NCBI RefSeq assembly: GCF_009914755.1 | Contig: NC_060926.1 | From: the human T2T-CHM13v2.0 reference genome, Homo sapiens | Strand: one strand, 5' to 3' | Length of the DNA stretch: 64,000 nucleotides | Part shown: piece after piece, positions 1 through 13,508 of the stretch | Numbering within the stretch: the stretch's first letter is position 1 | How the letters are laid out: each line of letters starts with the position of its first letter | Made by a program: the position numbers and the translations under genes | The notes under the pieces: generated by a model | Seen by the model: the letters and a program-made list of their open reading frames with translations, nothing else | Databases searched by the model: none | Told to the model about the DNA's origin: nothing

Positions 1-1862
1 TCTGAGCAGTGAGACATCCCTGTGAGCAGATACAATAGCCAATGCAAGAATCTGTGTGTTCCTTGCTGTACGTTAGACATTTGTAAACTGGATTCTGATT
101 GTCAGTTTTATGAGAGCAATAGCTTCCTTAAAGAGATAAGTCATATTTACCTAGTTTGTATTTTCCTACTTTAGTGACCTGAAGATGCCTGATAATTTCA
201 TTCAGAAGAATTTTTGAAAGGTAGTCTTACTTCTTTTTAGTTTTTATAGCTTAGCATTAGTGACTTATTTCAAAAGACCCAAATCAAAAAGTTAGTTTGA
301 AAGCATTTTTTAATAATTGTATTTATGCATTTCCTTGATTTAATATGATAAATTTAATACTTAACAATTTATATGTAACTAAAACTTAAAGTCATTTGAA
401 AAATATATAGAAACCTATTTACAACTTGTTAAGGACAATCAGACATAATGCAGAGTTAAGTAGTATTTGCTTAAAATTCAAGTTGTGACTAATGATCAAA
501 TACTAGGCTTGTACGAAATGCTTTAGAAAAACTTTGTAACAGTTTTGTGGGATTTTTCAATATAAACCTTTATCAGAAATATACTAAGTTTGTCTCCCAC
601 TGACAACAGATGTTTTCCAAATAAACATATTCTATACATACTTGTGGAATGCCACATGGTGAATCATTGTATATGAAATTCCACTCCTGTACAGTTACTC
701 TGCAGCTAATGGTCATGCACTGCTTAATGCTGGTCCTGAATCATGTTCTCATGTTAGACCAACAGCTCTCCAATTGTCATTTTTTTTCTGCAGAGTTTTT
801 TTTTTCCACTTTTAAATTAAATGCATGTTGTGGAAAAACAGTCTTTTAAAATGAAATTTCAGATTCCATTTGAGAAGGTTCTGTAGATATTTCAGTCCAT
901 ATAAAATAATACATCTTTACTAAACTTATATAAGGGGAGAGAAAGTTATGAAGTTTTGGACATTACTAAAAGTACAGTATTTGATTTCACTTTCAATGAA
1001 TGTGAAGTTAATAAAACTAAATCTCATAATGCTCTTGGTTCCTAAGAATGAGTAGTAATCATCAACTTTATAATACTCCAATATTCCGTTTTATAATAAT
1101 TCAGAGCCCTGTGGCTTTTACACACCGTTAATTATGTACTCTGTTGGAAGTGCACATGAAAAGTGAAGAAAAGTTCCTCTTGTGATTAAACTAATGGGAG
1201 GAAATAAATCAACAAAGTCTCCATTAAGTTCTACATTTTGAGACCTTTTAAAAATTCCCCTCACAATTCTTTAAGGAGCCCCCCTTTTTATGGAACATGA
1301 GCCTAAAAATTATAGAAAGAAGAATTTTAAGTTAATAAAGTTTGTATTTATAAATGCTGAAAAAATACAGAAACTTTCTGTTCCAAATGTGTTGCCTTTG
1401 TGTATTTTATAATACAGATACTACATTGTAAACATTTCCATTGTTTTATGATTTAGCCAGTGATTCCCCAAAGCAGCCTCTTAGTGTTTTAATATATTAA
1501 TAACTGTTTTGTTAAAAATGATCATAGTGAATTTAAATCTTCACATGATCACCTATTTGAATAAGCAATCATATCCAATGAAATTCTGTATTTCTGAGTA
1601 TTTTTATAGTCATTTTGTTCTTGTGTGAATTTTAAAGCTATCCCTATGTTAATCCTAATATTTTGAAATCATATAAAATATAATAAAAATGTAGTATTAT
1701 ATATTTACTTCTAATTTCAGATTCCTGGTCAAAATTACTAAATATCTTGAATGTAATTTAGTGCCAAGTTTAAATAATGTGTAAATGTGACTAGGATATT
1801 GTGTTTTTCACAATTAAGAAATGTTATGTGGAAATAAATATTTATCCTAACTTCCTTGCACA
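1..1862 (+). other. SLC4A10: Distal 3' UTR of the convergent neighbour gene (probably SLC4A10, Na+/bicarbonate transporter)
   Basis: AT-rich, no recognisable repeats and no credible ORF. Ends in AATAAA (1833-1838), CA at ~1859-1862 and a GU/U-rich downstream element (1882-1905). Gene identity comes from known synteny with the DPP4 3' end, not from coding sequence in the window. Confidence 0.7.
1833..1838 (+). terminator. Polyadenylation signal AATAAA of the plus-strand gene
   Basis: AATAAA followed ~22 nt later by CA, then gtgtcttgtcttttttctttgtttt. Confidence 0.65.
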
Positions 1863-3207
1863 TTTTAAATTGTGATACAAAGTGTCTTGTCTTTTTTCTT
1901 TGTTTTAATTAGTAAATCAGTGTAAAACATTTTGATTGTTTGAATATAATATTTAAATTTAGACAGCCCCAAAGCTAAGAACTCTTGGTGATGTAAACAA
2001 TTTATGAGTATGTTTCAAGAGTAAACAATTTGAACTTTATGAACAGAAGATTATGAGAACTATATAAAGATATATTTACTCATTTTTCCAGAAATGGGTG
2101 CAGATGACACGGTTTCTTATGCTAGGAAAAACCTCCAAGGTCGTTAGTAGTAGTATTCCTCATTATTAGAACTCTATTTAGACTTCCGTTTTTAACTTCC
2201 ATGGGGAAAGCATTGCCTAAAATTTGTCTCCTCCCTGTTTCTTACAAAAGTCAGATGGGACCATTATTCTTTGGTAGCCATCTGGCAGTGTGTTGTGGAG
2301 ATAATTGCATTCAGAATTCTATCTAACCTACTGCTTGGTATTTTTCTCTTGACTAGTGAGTTTACTTTGTAATTGCTCCTGTTTCACAGCCTACAATATT
2401 GGAAAGTTTTTTTCCTGTATAATATAATATAGGAATATATATATTCCTATGTATGTATAGGATATCCTATATATCCTGTATAGATGAATGTCTCCTTGGT
2501 ATAGTTTAAACCCGAGTTTGAAAGAAACTCTCCACTGATGATCCAAAAGCAACTTGTATTTCAACATGATTCCTAGATCTTTTTGGATTTTTCTTGACTC
2601 TTAGAAGTGTGACTTACCTGTTTTCTATGGCACTGACCTACCTCTGTTTTGGTTTAACTTTAGCCTATTAGCTCCTGGGCACTTGTCTATTTTACTATCA
2701 TTGCAAGATTGCTCTCTCATTTTTCCAATATATTAATATCTATCTCATATATTCACACAATGAAATGAAATGAGATTACATCCATTTGAAAGTTTTATGA
2801 GAGTCATTTGGATAATATGATGGTTCTCTAAATGTCTACATCAAGAGGCTAATTGTAGTTAGTCCCCTTGAAGAGGCTTAATAATCAAAGATTACTGGTA
2901 ATACTTTATTTTAGAGATCTCCTTCGATGTTCTTCATGGAATGCTGTGGCTAACTGATACAACTGTCACACCAATTCCGTTCCTGTTGGTGTACTGGGTA
3001 CTATCATTTCTGCTGGAACTTTGAAAATAGGACTATGATCCTTGCTTCTAAGGGCAGGGTGGATACATAGCTGTAAATAATGTGATATGTGCTGAGTTGG
3101 CCATATGAGTAAAGCCATTTTTTGAATAGGGCAGAGTTTGACGAAAACATTATAGTAGAGGTAGCACGTGAATTAGAATGGAAATGGGGAAGGAAATGTA
3201 CTCCAGA

Positions 3208-3777
3208 TGTTGAAGGAACCCCTGCCTACTAGGCCTCTGGTCTAATGAAGTATGACCAGAATGACTCCATCTTGAAGTGAAGAGCTAGAACACTCTTAAG
3301 GCACCTATAAGATTAATGCTTGTGGTCTGAAAATAGCCACTTTCCAAGCTGGCTACAACCTATTATTACAGAATATTTATGACCATACAGAGCATCTCCC
3401 ACCATGCCTGCAGAATGTCCCTATGTCCTAAGAATTCAGCCCTCCTTACTTAGAGATAACGTTAATGAACAAGCTTAGGTTAAAAGATTAAGGGTCATGT
3501 AATATCAATGACACTGAAGGCCCCTGCCTTTAGTGAGCACATAGACACATTCCAAGTTTAATTGTAGCTCTTTGTAACTCCTTATAAAAGTAGAGGCGCT
3601 AACAAAGGACAGGGCATTCCTCCTTTTGCTTTCAGAGGATATCCCACACTGTAACGAAACGGTTTCTGAAAAACTTACTTCTTCCACTATGCTCTGTGGC
3701 TTTCCTTGAATTCTCTCCTTTGCAAGATCCAAGGACCCATTTTTGGGGTCTGGATCGGGACCCCTTTTCCAGCAACA
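3208..3777 (+). mobile_element. Solo LTR, ERV1 class, MER41-related (subfamily uncertain)
   Basis: TG...CA termini with near-TSD ccaga/ccgga. 5' part has actccatcttgaa and the 3' end reads gagatcc-like ...ttggggtctggatcgggaccccttttccagcaaca, resembling MER41-family ends. TATAAAA at ~3584. Confidence 0.75.
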
Positions 3778-4295
3778 CCGGAACTACAAAGATTCTCAAA
3801 CCTATGTCGGTATTGAAATAAAGATGAAATTTAAAAGTAAAGCTATATGGCATAACTAGAGCCTGGCATATTTTATGTATGGCATATTTGGAACCCAGCA
3901 AACAGCCCAATATGGTGGAGTGTTAGAAGGGTAGTGAAGACTTGTAGGAAAAGACAGAAACACAAGTCAGAGACATTACAAATGATGTTAAATTCTATCC
4001 TAGAACTGTTGGAATTTTACCCATTAAAAGTTTTGAGTAATGAATTTTGAAATGATTAATAGAGCAGCACAGTAGAGAATATAGTGGGGAAACAGTGGAA
4101 TTGCCTCCTCAGGGATCTCCCTTCCAGGATGACTCTCAGATGACAAAACTAAGTTTTCATGATCTATAAATTTCTATTAGGATAGAAACGAAACAGGCTC
4201 AAGTATACTCCTTAGGTACCTAACCCGTAACTCTAGACACAATAGCTTAATTATAATTACTTTTATGTAGTGCATTCCCTTATATATGGAGATTT

Positions 4296-4406
4296 TATAT
4301 ATATATATATATATATCTTCATAACAATGCAACAGTTCTGTAAGGTAGGTCTTTTTGTACTTTTTACAAATTAAGACACTGGAGTTCAAAGAGCCTAAGT
4401 ATTGTT

Positions 4407-4453
<47 letters not shown>
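4296..4453. repeat. (TA)~10 and (TA)~22 microsatellites flanking a duplicated ~97-bp segment
   Basis: TA runs at 4296-4316 and 4410-4453; the intervening sequence matches 5104-5201. Confidence 0.95.
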
Positions 4454-4454
<1 letters not shown>

Positions 4455-5080
4455 CACATATTTGTGTATATAGTTACATTTGAAAAAAAAAAGTGTTCTG
4501 AAAAGCACAGTGTCCACAGCAAGCCTGAGACTGTTAAAGAAACCTAAGTGTGGTGCACAGTTCAGACAATGACTGCTTCATAATAATCCAGAAACCACCT
4601 TCTCTCCGCCCAGCCTTGAATCCTACCCTACATTCTTACCCTGGATTCAGTTTTCTGTCTGGATCCTCTTGCCTTCCGGTGTGTGTAGAGTTAAATATTT
4701 TTTTCATGTGACTTCTTTTTTCCATTTATTTATAAACTCCTTGAAGGTAGGGATGGTGTTTGGTGTTTTGCCCCTCTTTTGTAACTCTCCAGAGCCCAGA
4801 TCTGTGCTCTGCTGTTTACCCAGCCAGCAAAGGCTCTTGATATAATAAGTAAAATATACCAGAAGATCCTGCTGCTCAGTTTATTAAGAATGATTAAAAG
4901 TCCAAAAAGAATTGTCACGGACATGTCAGTATTGGAACACAGCAAATGCTTAATGAGTACCTTCAAGTGCCCAGCACCTGAGGACACAGAAGACTAAGGC
5001 AAGAATCTGTGTAATCTATGGAGCCATTAAGAAGCAGCTACATGGTTGTGACTAGAAGGAGGGAAAAGGTGAAAGGAAGG

Positions 5081-5265
5081 TGTCAGGCATTGTATCTATG
5101 TAAATCTTCAGAGCAATGCAACCAGTTCTGTAAGGTAGGTCTTTTTGTACTTTTTACAAATTAAGACACTGGAGTTCAAAGAGGCTAAGTATTGTTCTTT
5201 AAATGTTCCCCATTAGTGAGTTGGTGGTACTGAGACTCTAACCCAGGTCCAACTGACCTCAGCTG
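5081..5265 (-). mobile_element. MIR SINE (degraded)
   Basis: MIR-core-like ctgtaaggtaggt...tttacaaattaagacactggagttcaaagaggctaagt...aacccaggtc...tgacctc. Confidence 0.65.
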
Positions 5266-5757
5266 CAGGGCACTGTGTCTCCAGCAGGAGGTGAGATGTG
5301 ACCGCCTTCCTCCTTATCAGGTTATTCATTCTGGCTCATGGAACCAGAATCAGGTTATGATGATTAATATTTCTGCTTAATATGTTACATTTTCTTTGCC
5401 ACCAATCTTTCTGTTATTAACACTGGAAACCAAACTTACCCAGTGAAACACCTTTTTTGCTCATGAGTCACAAATATCAGGACCTTGGATAGAAGAAGCT
5501 TAAAAAATAAAAAGGGTTTTTGATTGTTGGATGGTCACACTTCACACCACACTCACACATGCTTTTTAAATAATTTGAAGAGTGGGTTCAGATGAAAGAC
5601 TATATAGAATAAGAATTTTTATCGAGTTTGTTGAGGCTTAAAGCCTGCAAGCACCAAAAAAAAAGTTTTCTCTCAATTAAGGAAGTTAACTATTAATTCA
5701 AATTCTTGGGTGTAAATGTTAATATTGTCACAGAAAGAAGACTGTGCAGAAAGATGA

Positions 5758-6144
<387 letters not shown>

Positions 6145-7814
6145 TGATGTTATACTTTATAACCCACACTTGTCTATTATTCTCAACCATCTGTATCCCT
6201 CAGACATCCTGAATACACACTCTAGGTCACTCAGGATGTACACAAAAGAGTTCTTGGACGCTGCTGAAATAACTGCCACAGAGTTGGCCAACAAAATCCT
6301 CTTACTTTATGGAAAAAAGTCATGCTTATGTTTTGTTGTGTTTTCTATTTAGAGTTTATTGAATCATAAATATTGTACAAATCTAGTAGTCTTATAAATC
6401 AGTATTCTCACATCAACTTCGAGCAAAAGTAGCAAATGCCAAGAAGTGGAACTGGTAGCCTCAGTGACTACCTGTGAATAAGAAAAGAAACAGAAAATAT
6501 GCAGAATGTCACGAAGCCCAATATGTTCATTAACTTTTATGGTAGTGGCTCTGAGTTATCAAGAATGCATTGAATTATATTCTGTGCCTGATATTTAATA
6601 AAGTATGAAGGTATGTACTCATATTTAGCAAAATTTCCAACAAACATGTTAAAAAATAATTCATAGTGATTTTCTAAAAATCTTGATAGAAACTTAAAAA
6701 ACCAACCCTGTATCCATAGAAGAGATGTAAGCCATTTCTCCCTTCTTTTCGTGTATGTGCCTCTGGGCACTGGTGTACTCTCACAGGTTGTTATGAAAGG
6801 AGTCTTAGCCATTCCTGTGTCTGCAGAGGCTGCAGCTATGAATGTCAAGACAAGTCTGCACATCTTAGTGGTATGACTGGTTCCTGTATGTTTTAAACTT
6901 ATTCTCAGATTAAGTTTATCTCTAACTTATTTGTCCATTTTCTTCTTTTTTCCATAAGCTAATTTAAAACTCTCATTGGAAAGGAAAACTTGTCCTATGA
7001 GGGTCAAATGAAAACTACTTCGACTTTACTCACATTATTACTTTTTGCAGCCTTCAATGCTTGAAAAATATGTGCTGGGATTACCTCACTCCAGAGAAAA
7101 TACTGCACATGCTTAGAAACTAAAGAAATATTAATCCATATCATTTTGATATTGTATAAATATTAAATAGTATCTGACTTAGATATTACGATTATAATAT
7201 CTGACTTGTATGATATATGATGTTGTACAATATCTGACATTGTACAATGTCTGGCTTCAATTAAGATAAAAGGAGAATTTCTATTTAATTTGCTTTTATG
7301 ACTATTAATGCTGTCCAGGATGTGAACATATATTACTACCGCTTCTTGATATACAATTCTGCAAAGATTGATCCAGCTACTCACAATGATTGAACTGTAT
7401 TAAGAAACAGAATTTTGACAAGAAGAGTCCTACAGATTGGAAGGTCAGTTTGTGGTTCCAATGGAGGAGTGGGAGTTGAGATTTAATTAAGGTGAAGTGA
7501 CTCAATGGCATGCTCTGAAGCTGTAGTTGAAGATGGATTTCACAATCCTCTGTCCATTCCTATGCATGACTCACCAGTCTCATGTTCAATTGGTAGATTT
7601 TTTTTTCCATTTCTTCCATTTTTAGGTTTTTATGCTGTAGCTCACCCTGTCTGGGAAAACTTTGTCTAGCAAATGGTCTGAAGCTAAGTTTAAACTCATA
7701 AAGTCAAATTTTTAAAAATGAGGCTGTTTTGCAAATAATTGAAAAAAATGATGTTTTCTGTTATCTGGATATTGCTTTGCTAGGCCAAATTCAGCATTTA
7801 AAATTATTGCTTTC

Positions 7815-8094
7815 GGTCAGATGTGGTGGCTCACGCCTGTAATCCTAGCACTTTGGAAGGCCAAGGCGGGCGGATCACCTGAGGTTAAGAGTTCGTGACC
7901 AGCCTAGCCAACAGGACAAAAACCCATCTCTACTAAAAATACAAAAATTAGCCAGGCATGGTGGCACGCACCTGTAATCCCAGCTACTTGGGAGGCTGAG
8001 ACAGAAGAATCGTTTGAACCCAGGAGCCGAGATCATGCCACTGCACTCCAGCCTGGGCAACAGAGCAAGACTCTGTCTCCGAAAAAAAAAAAAA
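7815..8094 (+). mobile_element. Alu (AluS type) with a short internal deletion in the right arm
   Basis: ggtcagatgtggtggctcacgcctgtaatc... through the A tail; TSD-like aaattattgctttc / aaatttatgctttc. Confidence 0.95.
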
Positions 8095-8105
8095 TTTATG
8101 CTTTC

Positions 8106-8410
<305 letters not shown>

Positions 8411-8839
8411 ACTTTCATTTTTATAGTAATGTCAACCACAAATAGTCAACCACTTAAATAATTGACTACTTCTACTGAGCCATAAGAACTGCCAGAATGA
8501 TATTTCTGATCTTATTCGTTCTTATATAAGCCTCATCATAGTTCCCTGGAATAAAATTATAAATTGTGTATGATATAAGTAACTAAAATTAGTTTAAGTT
8601 GATTTCTCAAAAGCTGTATGTATTTATGATAAGAGAAATTGCACATTATTAGGCAAAAACCTATGAACTGTTTAGCTTAACACATTTTTATATATCTAAT
8701 TTTTTTACCAAAGCTGAACTCTTTCCATGTTTACAAGGTAGTCTGGGATTACTAACAAAATAAACAAGAGCCTTTCTAGATAAATGTGTCCATATGCCAG
8801 TGCGGTTTAGGTCTTATTCAAGACACAAGTCATTACTTC

Positions 8840-9874
8840 TGAAAAAATGAAGGCACATTTATTAAATGACTGGGAGAAATTCCATAGTATGTAGAATGGG
8901 AATAATAATACATAACATTGTATTTTATGTTCCATTTTTTAAAATGAGTCCAAGGAAGTTAAAATATTCTTTTAATTAAGACACTCAAAGAAATGAAATA
9001 AGAAAAATTGATGCAAGGACTCCTTCAAGTTAAGATTTGTGATACAAATATTTTCATCTTTTAACAGGGCAAGCTGATGTGTTCACATCTCAGTTTCAAG
9101 CTGCCTCTTTCACTAGGAACATCAGTATTTTTTTTTAAAAGCACATTTACAATGCTTTCCCATCACCCTTGCTGTGTTTTTGTAGCACCTATAGCCATAA
9201 CTGGCACCTGGGGGCCTGCGTTGCTGGCAGTTTCCCTTACATTTCTTTGGAGTCTTTTCAACTGCTGTGGTTTTACTTAGAAGTCAGTGCTTTGCATATT
9301 TGATTTCCTGAGACTGTTTGAATAGTCTTTCTCAGAAAACTGTGCCAGTCTGGCTGTGAACAGCTCTTCTCCGAGGGGAGCTGACAGTAGCCTGCTCGTG
9401 TTGGTATGCTTGGACTTGGGTTCCCAGCCATGCCCTGCTATCTTCTCTCCCTAATCCCTCTTATCCTGTCCCTGCCCTAGTGACATCACTGCCCACATCT
9501 TGCCATCCCTTTAAAGAAGAGAACAACATTTGAACCAGTCCAGTTAGAAAAAGATTAAAATCCTGCTCAGGGAATCTATGCAAAGCCTCCATAAAAACAA
9601 TTCCTATTTGTTGTTTCAGCAGCTGATGCAGAAATGATTTTAAACAATAAAACCCGACCGGATAATTCAAACTTCTGTAAGGTAATAATCTGTTGTGAAG
9701 ACAGAAGTCCCTACTTAAGATGATAGGTATGAAATTTGGGAACAAAGGTAACCTTAAGTTTCTTGATTTGAGTGTGTATTTTAAAGATCATCATCATCTT
9801 GACAGTGCAGTTTTGAGATAATGAAAACAAAAATGAGTTTTAATAAGCTTTAAATGGCATGGTATTTTGAGGTG
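8840..9874 (-). other. DPP4: DPP4 3' UTR (exon 26, non-coding part)
   Basis: Lies between the TAG stop (9875-9877) and a minus-strand AATAAA (8858-8863). Cleavage site inferred ~18 nt downstream of the signal. Confidence 0.85.
8858..8863 (-). terminator. DPP4: DPP4 distal polyadenylation signal AATAAA
   Basis: tttatt on the plus strand, ~1 kb after the stop codon, followed on the minus strand by a GU-containing downstream stretch (acttgtgtct). Confidence 0.8.
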
Positions 9875-9976
<102 letters not shown>

Positions 9977-11549
9977 CTAGAGAGAGAAAGAAAAGAAGTT
10001 AGAATTAGGAAGTCAGTACTCTTCTTAAAAAAAAAAATACGTAAATTCAAATGAGCTCTCACGAGCATACATGGTATAAAACAGAGTGTTTTAATTCCTG
10101 AGGCAGTTTATAAACTGAAACGGGGTCAAAGAGGGGGTCTAATTTTCCCCCAGAGCTTTTCCAGGGCACGTTGTTCTGTCCTGCAGAAGTCTCTGATCCT
10201 CTTTTGCAGGTGCTGAGAGAACTCACTGTGAATTTGGCTTTATTGAATAGTGCTTTAAAGATACGTACATTTTAATTAAAACACCCAATCCATTTCCAAA
10301 TTTGACTCAAAGGGCGCTTACACAGCATGCATGGGAAGGAATGATTATCCCATTAAGCCCACTTGTTTTAATTAAACTGTTATCAAGTGTTAAATTTCTC
10401 TGTACTCTAGTAAGATAAACTGTATTAAACTAAATGATTTTTTTTAAAGCAATATTGCCTAATATATAGCACCTAGAAACTGGAAAAACTCTATTTCAAT
10501 ATTACATATATATGTTTAATAGAAGTGAAGTCAAAAATCAGATGTATTATTTGTAAACACTTAGATTTTAAACTGGTATTTTAAGAAATCTGTGTATTTG
10601 ACATTTATGTAAAAGGAATTAATGATCTGGGACAAAAATTTATTGATTCATACCTTGTTAAATAATTGGGAAGTCATTACCGGGCAAACATAAATTATGG
10701 AGACATAAGTTAACTTTAAAAAAAGCTTAATTAAAGTAGCATTTGTCTTTTCTTTGAATAGTAGAAAAATAAACTTCAACCTCTTATAAAACACTGACCC
10801 AAAAGATAGCCAGTTTTTCTCAGTATCAAGTAACTGTCCCACTCCTGTGCATTGGGCACCATTTGAACTGAGCACAGAGCAAATCATGTGTGTTAGAGGA
10901 CACATAAATACATATACATACATGCACACATTAAAAATACGTTTTCCTTCATCTGAAAATCTCTAATGCAGAAAATGAATTTGACATAATACGTAGAAAT
11001 ATCCTCTGCATAGACAACAACAGCTCTAGCCATTCCTGACTTTATAAAACAATCCTAATTGTTTATCGCCTGTGGTTATTCAACAAAAGATCACCTTGTA
11101 ATTGCAAAAACTGAAGCATGCTGATTATTAAGATCCCACTGTTGTTAGAATAGCTAGTAATACATACCAGACAGAAATGGATTTTCATATTTGAGCTGAG
11201 CTATTATCATGCTGGTTTCACTTTAGAACTACTCTGCCACACATTTACTGAACAAGTGATTACTTTTGAATCAAAATAGGGAGAGACTGAACAATCACAT
11301 GAACAGGAGAGCAGTGTCTTGATACTCCCAGCATATGCGATATTGTGCTTCTTAACCCCAAACTCGCTAATATTATTGAGCATTACTCTGTGCATGGCTG
11401 AAGGATACCACTCTTCTGACTTCACGTTGAAAAAAAAATTTTTAATGTTTTTATTCTGTCCTGTCTGTGGCACTGCTAAAAGAATTAGCCCAGAAAGAGG
11501 AAACTAGACCCCACCAGCAACTTCCCTCCCCTTGCACAAAGTTTTTCTA

Positions 11550-11985
<436 letters not shown>

Positions 11986-13196
11986 TCATTATTCAAAAAA
12001 GGATCTGCCATAAACTGATTTTTCACTTCAGTTTACAAAATAAAATGTTTTCAGCTGGGGCCCCCTTTGATACAAAATATAGCAAACCGATATTCAAGCA
12101 AATGCTGTCTCCATGCATGGCAGAATGCACAGCATGCCCTGTGCCTGGGAGACAGGACTGTAAGGGAGGATGCCACATCTTCCCTGAACATGCAGGAAGA
12201 GGGCACCTGCCACCCAGCCTGCATGCAAAACCCCTTGAGTCCCAGATCCCAGATTGGCTGTGTCCTATGCATTAGCACAGGGCAGAGTCTCATATTAGTA
12301 ATGTATGTTCCATGGGCTTCTGCTGTAGTTCAGCCAAAAAGTGTATTGCCATGGCAACCATGTGTCACATGGTGCCATACATGCTACATTTCAAAGAGCC
12401 TGTACATAGCATTTGCAACTAAACATACTCTGCAATATGTCATGTGAACTTTGGTCCACATTGCTGAGCTCTGAATGAAAAGCAAATATTACCTCTTTGG
12501 GAACAGATGTTAAAAACCTAGGCAAATGTAACATATGGGAGGGGAAGGGGGTAAAAAAGATCAAAAGTGGCCTTAGAAAATCAGTGGGTTGCTGTTGTCT
12601 GCCTCATTCTGTCTATTAGAGGAGATACTATTTGATCAAGTCATACCCAAATTAGCCAAGAAATAGGATAAAAAAAAAAATTGGGAAGTCAGCTTTTTGA
12701 GACTGCTATGTGGCCTGAGCCAGGGCTCCTAGAATGAGGGTCAGGAGTCTTGGATGAAAAAGCCATTTGAAATCATCTAAAGCTGGTCATCTAATCTGAA
12801 TTTGAGGATATTTACCAAAGTTGGGATGAAGGTAAAAATGCCATAAAATACTGTAGTGCCTTTGGGAGGGGGTGAGCTAGAGTCTACTTTGATGGTCCTG
12901 TTATGTGTTGGGCAGGAAAGGGGCAGCAGCATCTCCATGGGTTTAAAAGCAGCCAGCTCGTCCTGCAGCATCTTGGTGAATCAAATTCAACTTTATGAAA
13001 GCCAAGGTTTATATTTCACAGATATCTCTGTAGCTCATATCAGCTTATATTTTTGATGGGAACCTTGGTGGTCTGGCAGGAAGGGGATGGGGCTAAAGTA
13101 ACAGTGTTTGTATTCAAGTTCCAGTTTCAATATCAGTGAGCTATGCAACTGGAGGTATGCTGCTCCTTGAGCTTTGATTTCTATAAGATTGGAATA

Positions 13197-13508
13197 GAGT
13201 AGTCCCCGCTTATTGGCAGTTTTGCTTTCTATGGTTTCAGTTACCTTCAGTATAGTACAATAAGATATTTTGAGAGAGAGAGACTACACTCAATTAACTT
13301 TTATTACAGTTTATCATTATAATTGTTCTATTTTATTATTAGCTATTGTTAATCTCTTATGGTGCCTAATTTACAAACTTTATCATAGGTATGTATATAT
13401 GTAGAGGAAAAAAACCATAATGTATAAAAGGCCTCGGTACTATCCACAGTTTCAGGCATCCACTGGGGGTCTTGGAATGTATTCACCTTAAACAAGGGTG
13501 GGCTACTG
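13197..13508 (+). mobile_element. Tigger-family MITE (MER44A-like, TcMar-Tigger)
   Basis: TA...TA flanks; degenerate TIRs agtagtcccc / gggctactg; internal aataagatattttgagagagaga and tttcaggcatccactgggggtcttggaa. Confidence 0.8.

Noticed and set aside
1993-2031. Two GTAAACAATTT forkhead-like motifs 28 bp apart
   Set aside because: Short AT-rich motifs in an AT-rich background with no independent support.
10123-10135. 13-mer gggtcaaagaggg recurring near 52566 (HNF4/DR1-like)
   Set aside because: Exact 13-mer repeats are expected many times by chance in 64 kb, and the second half-site is poor.
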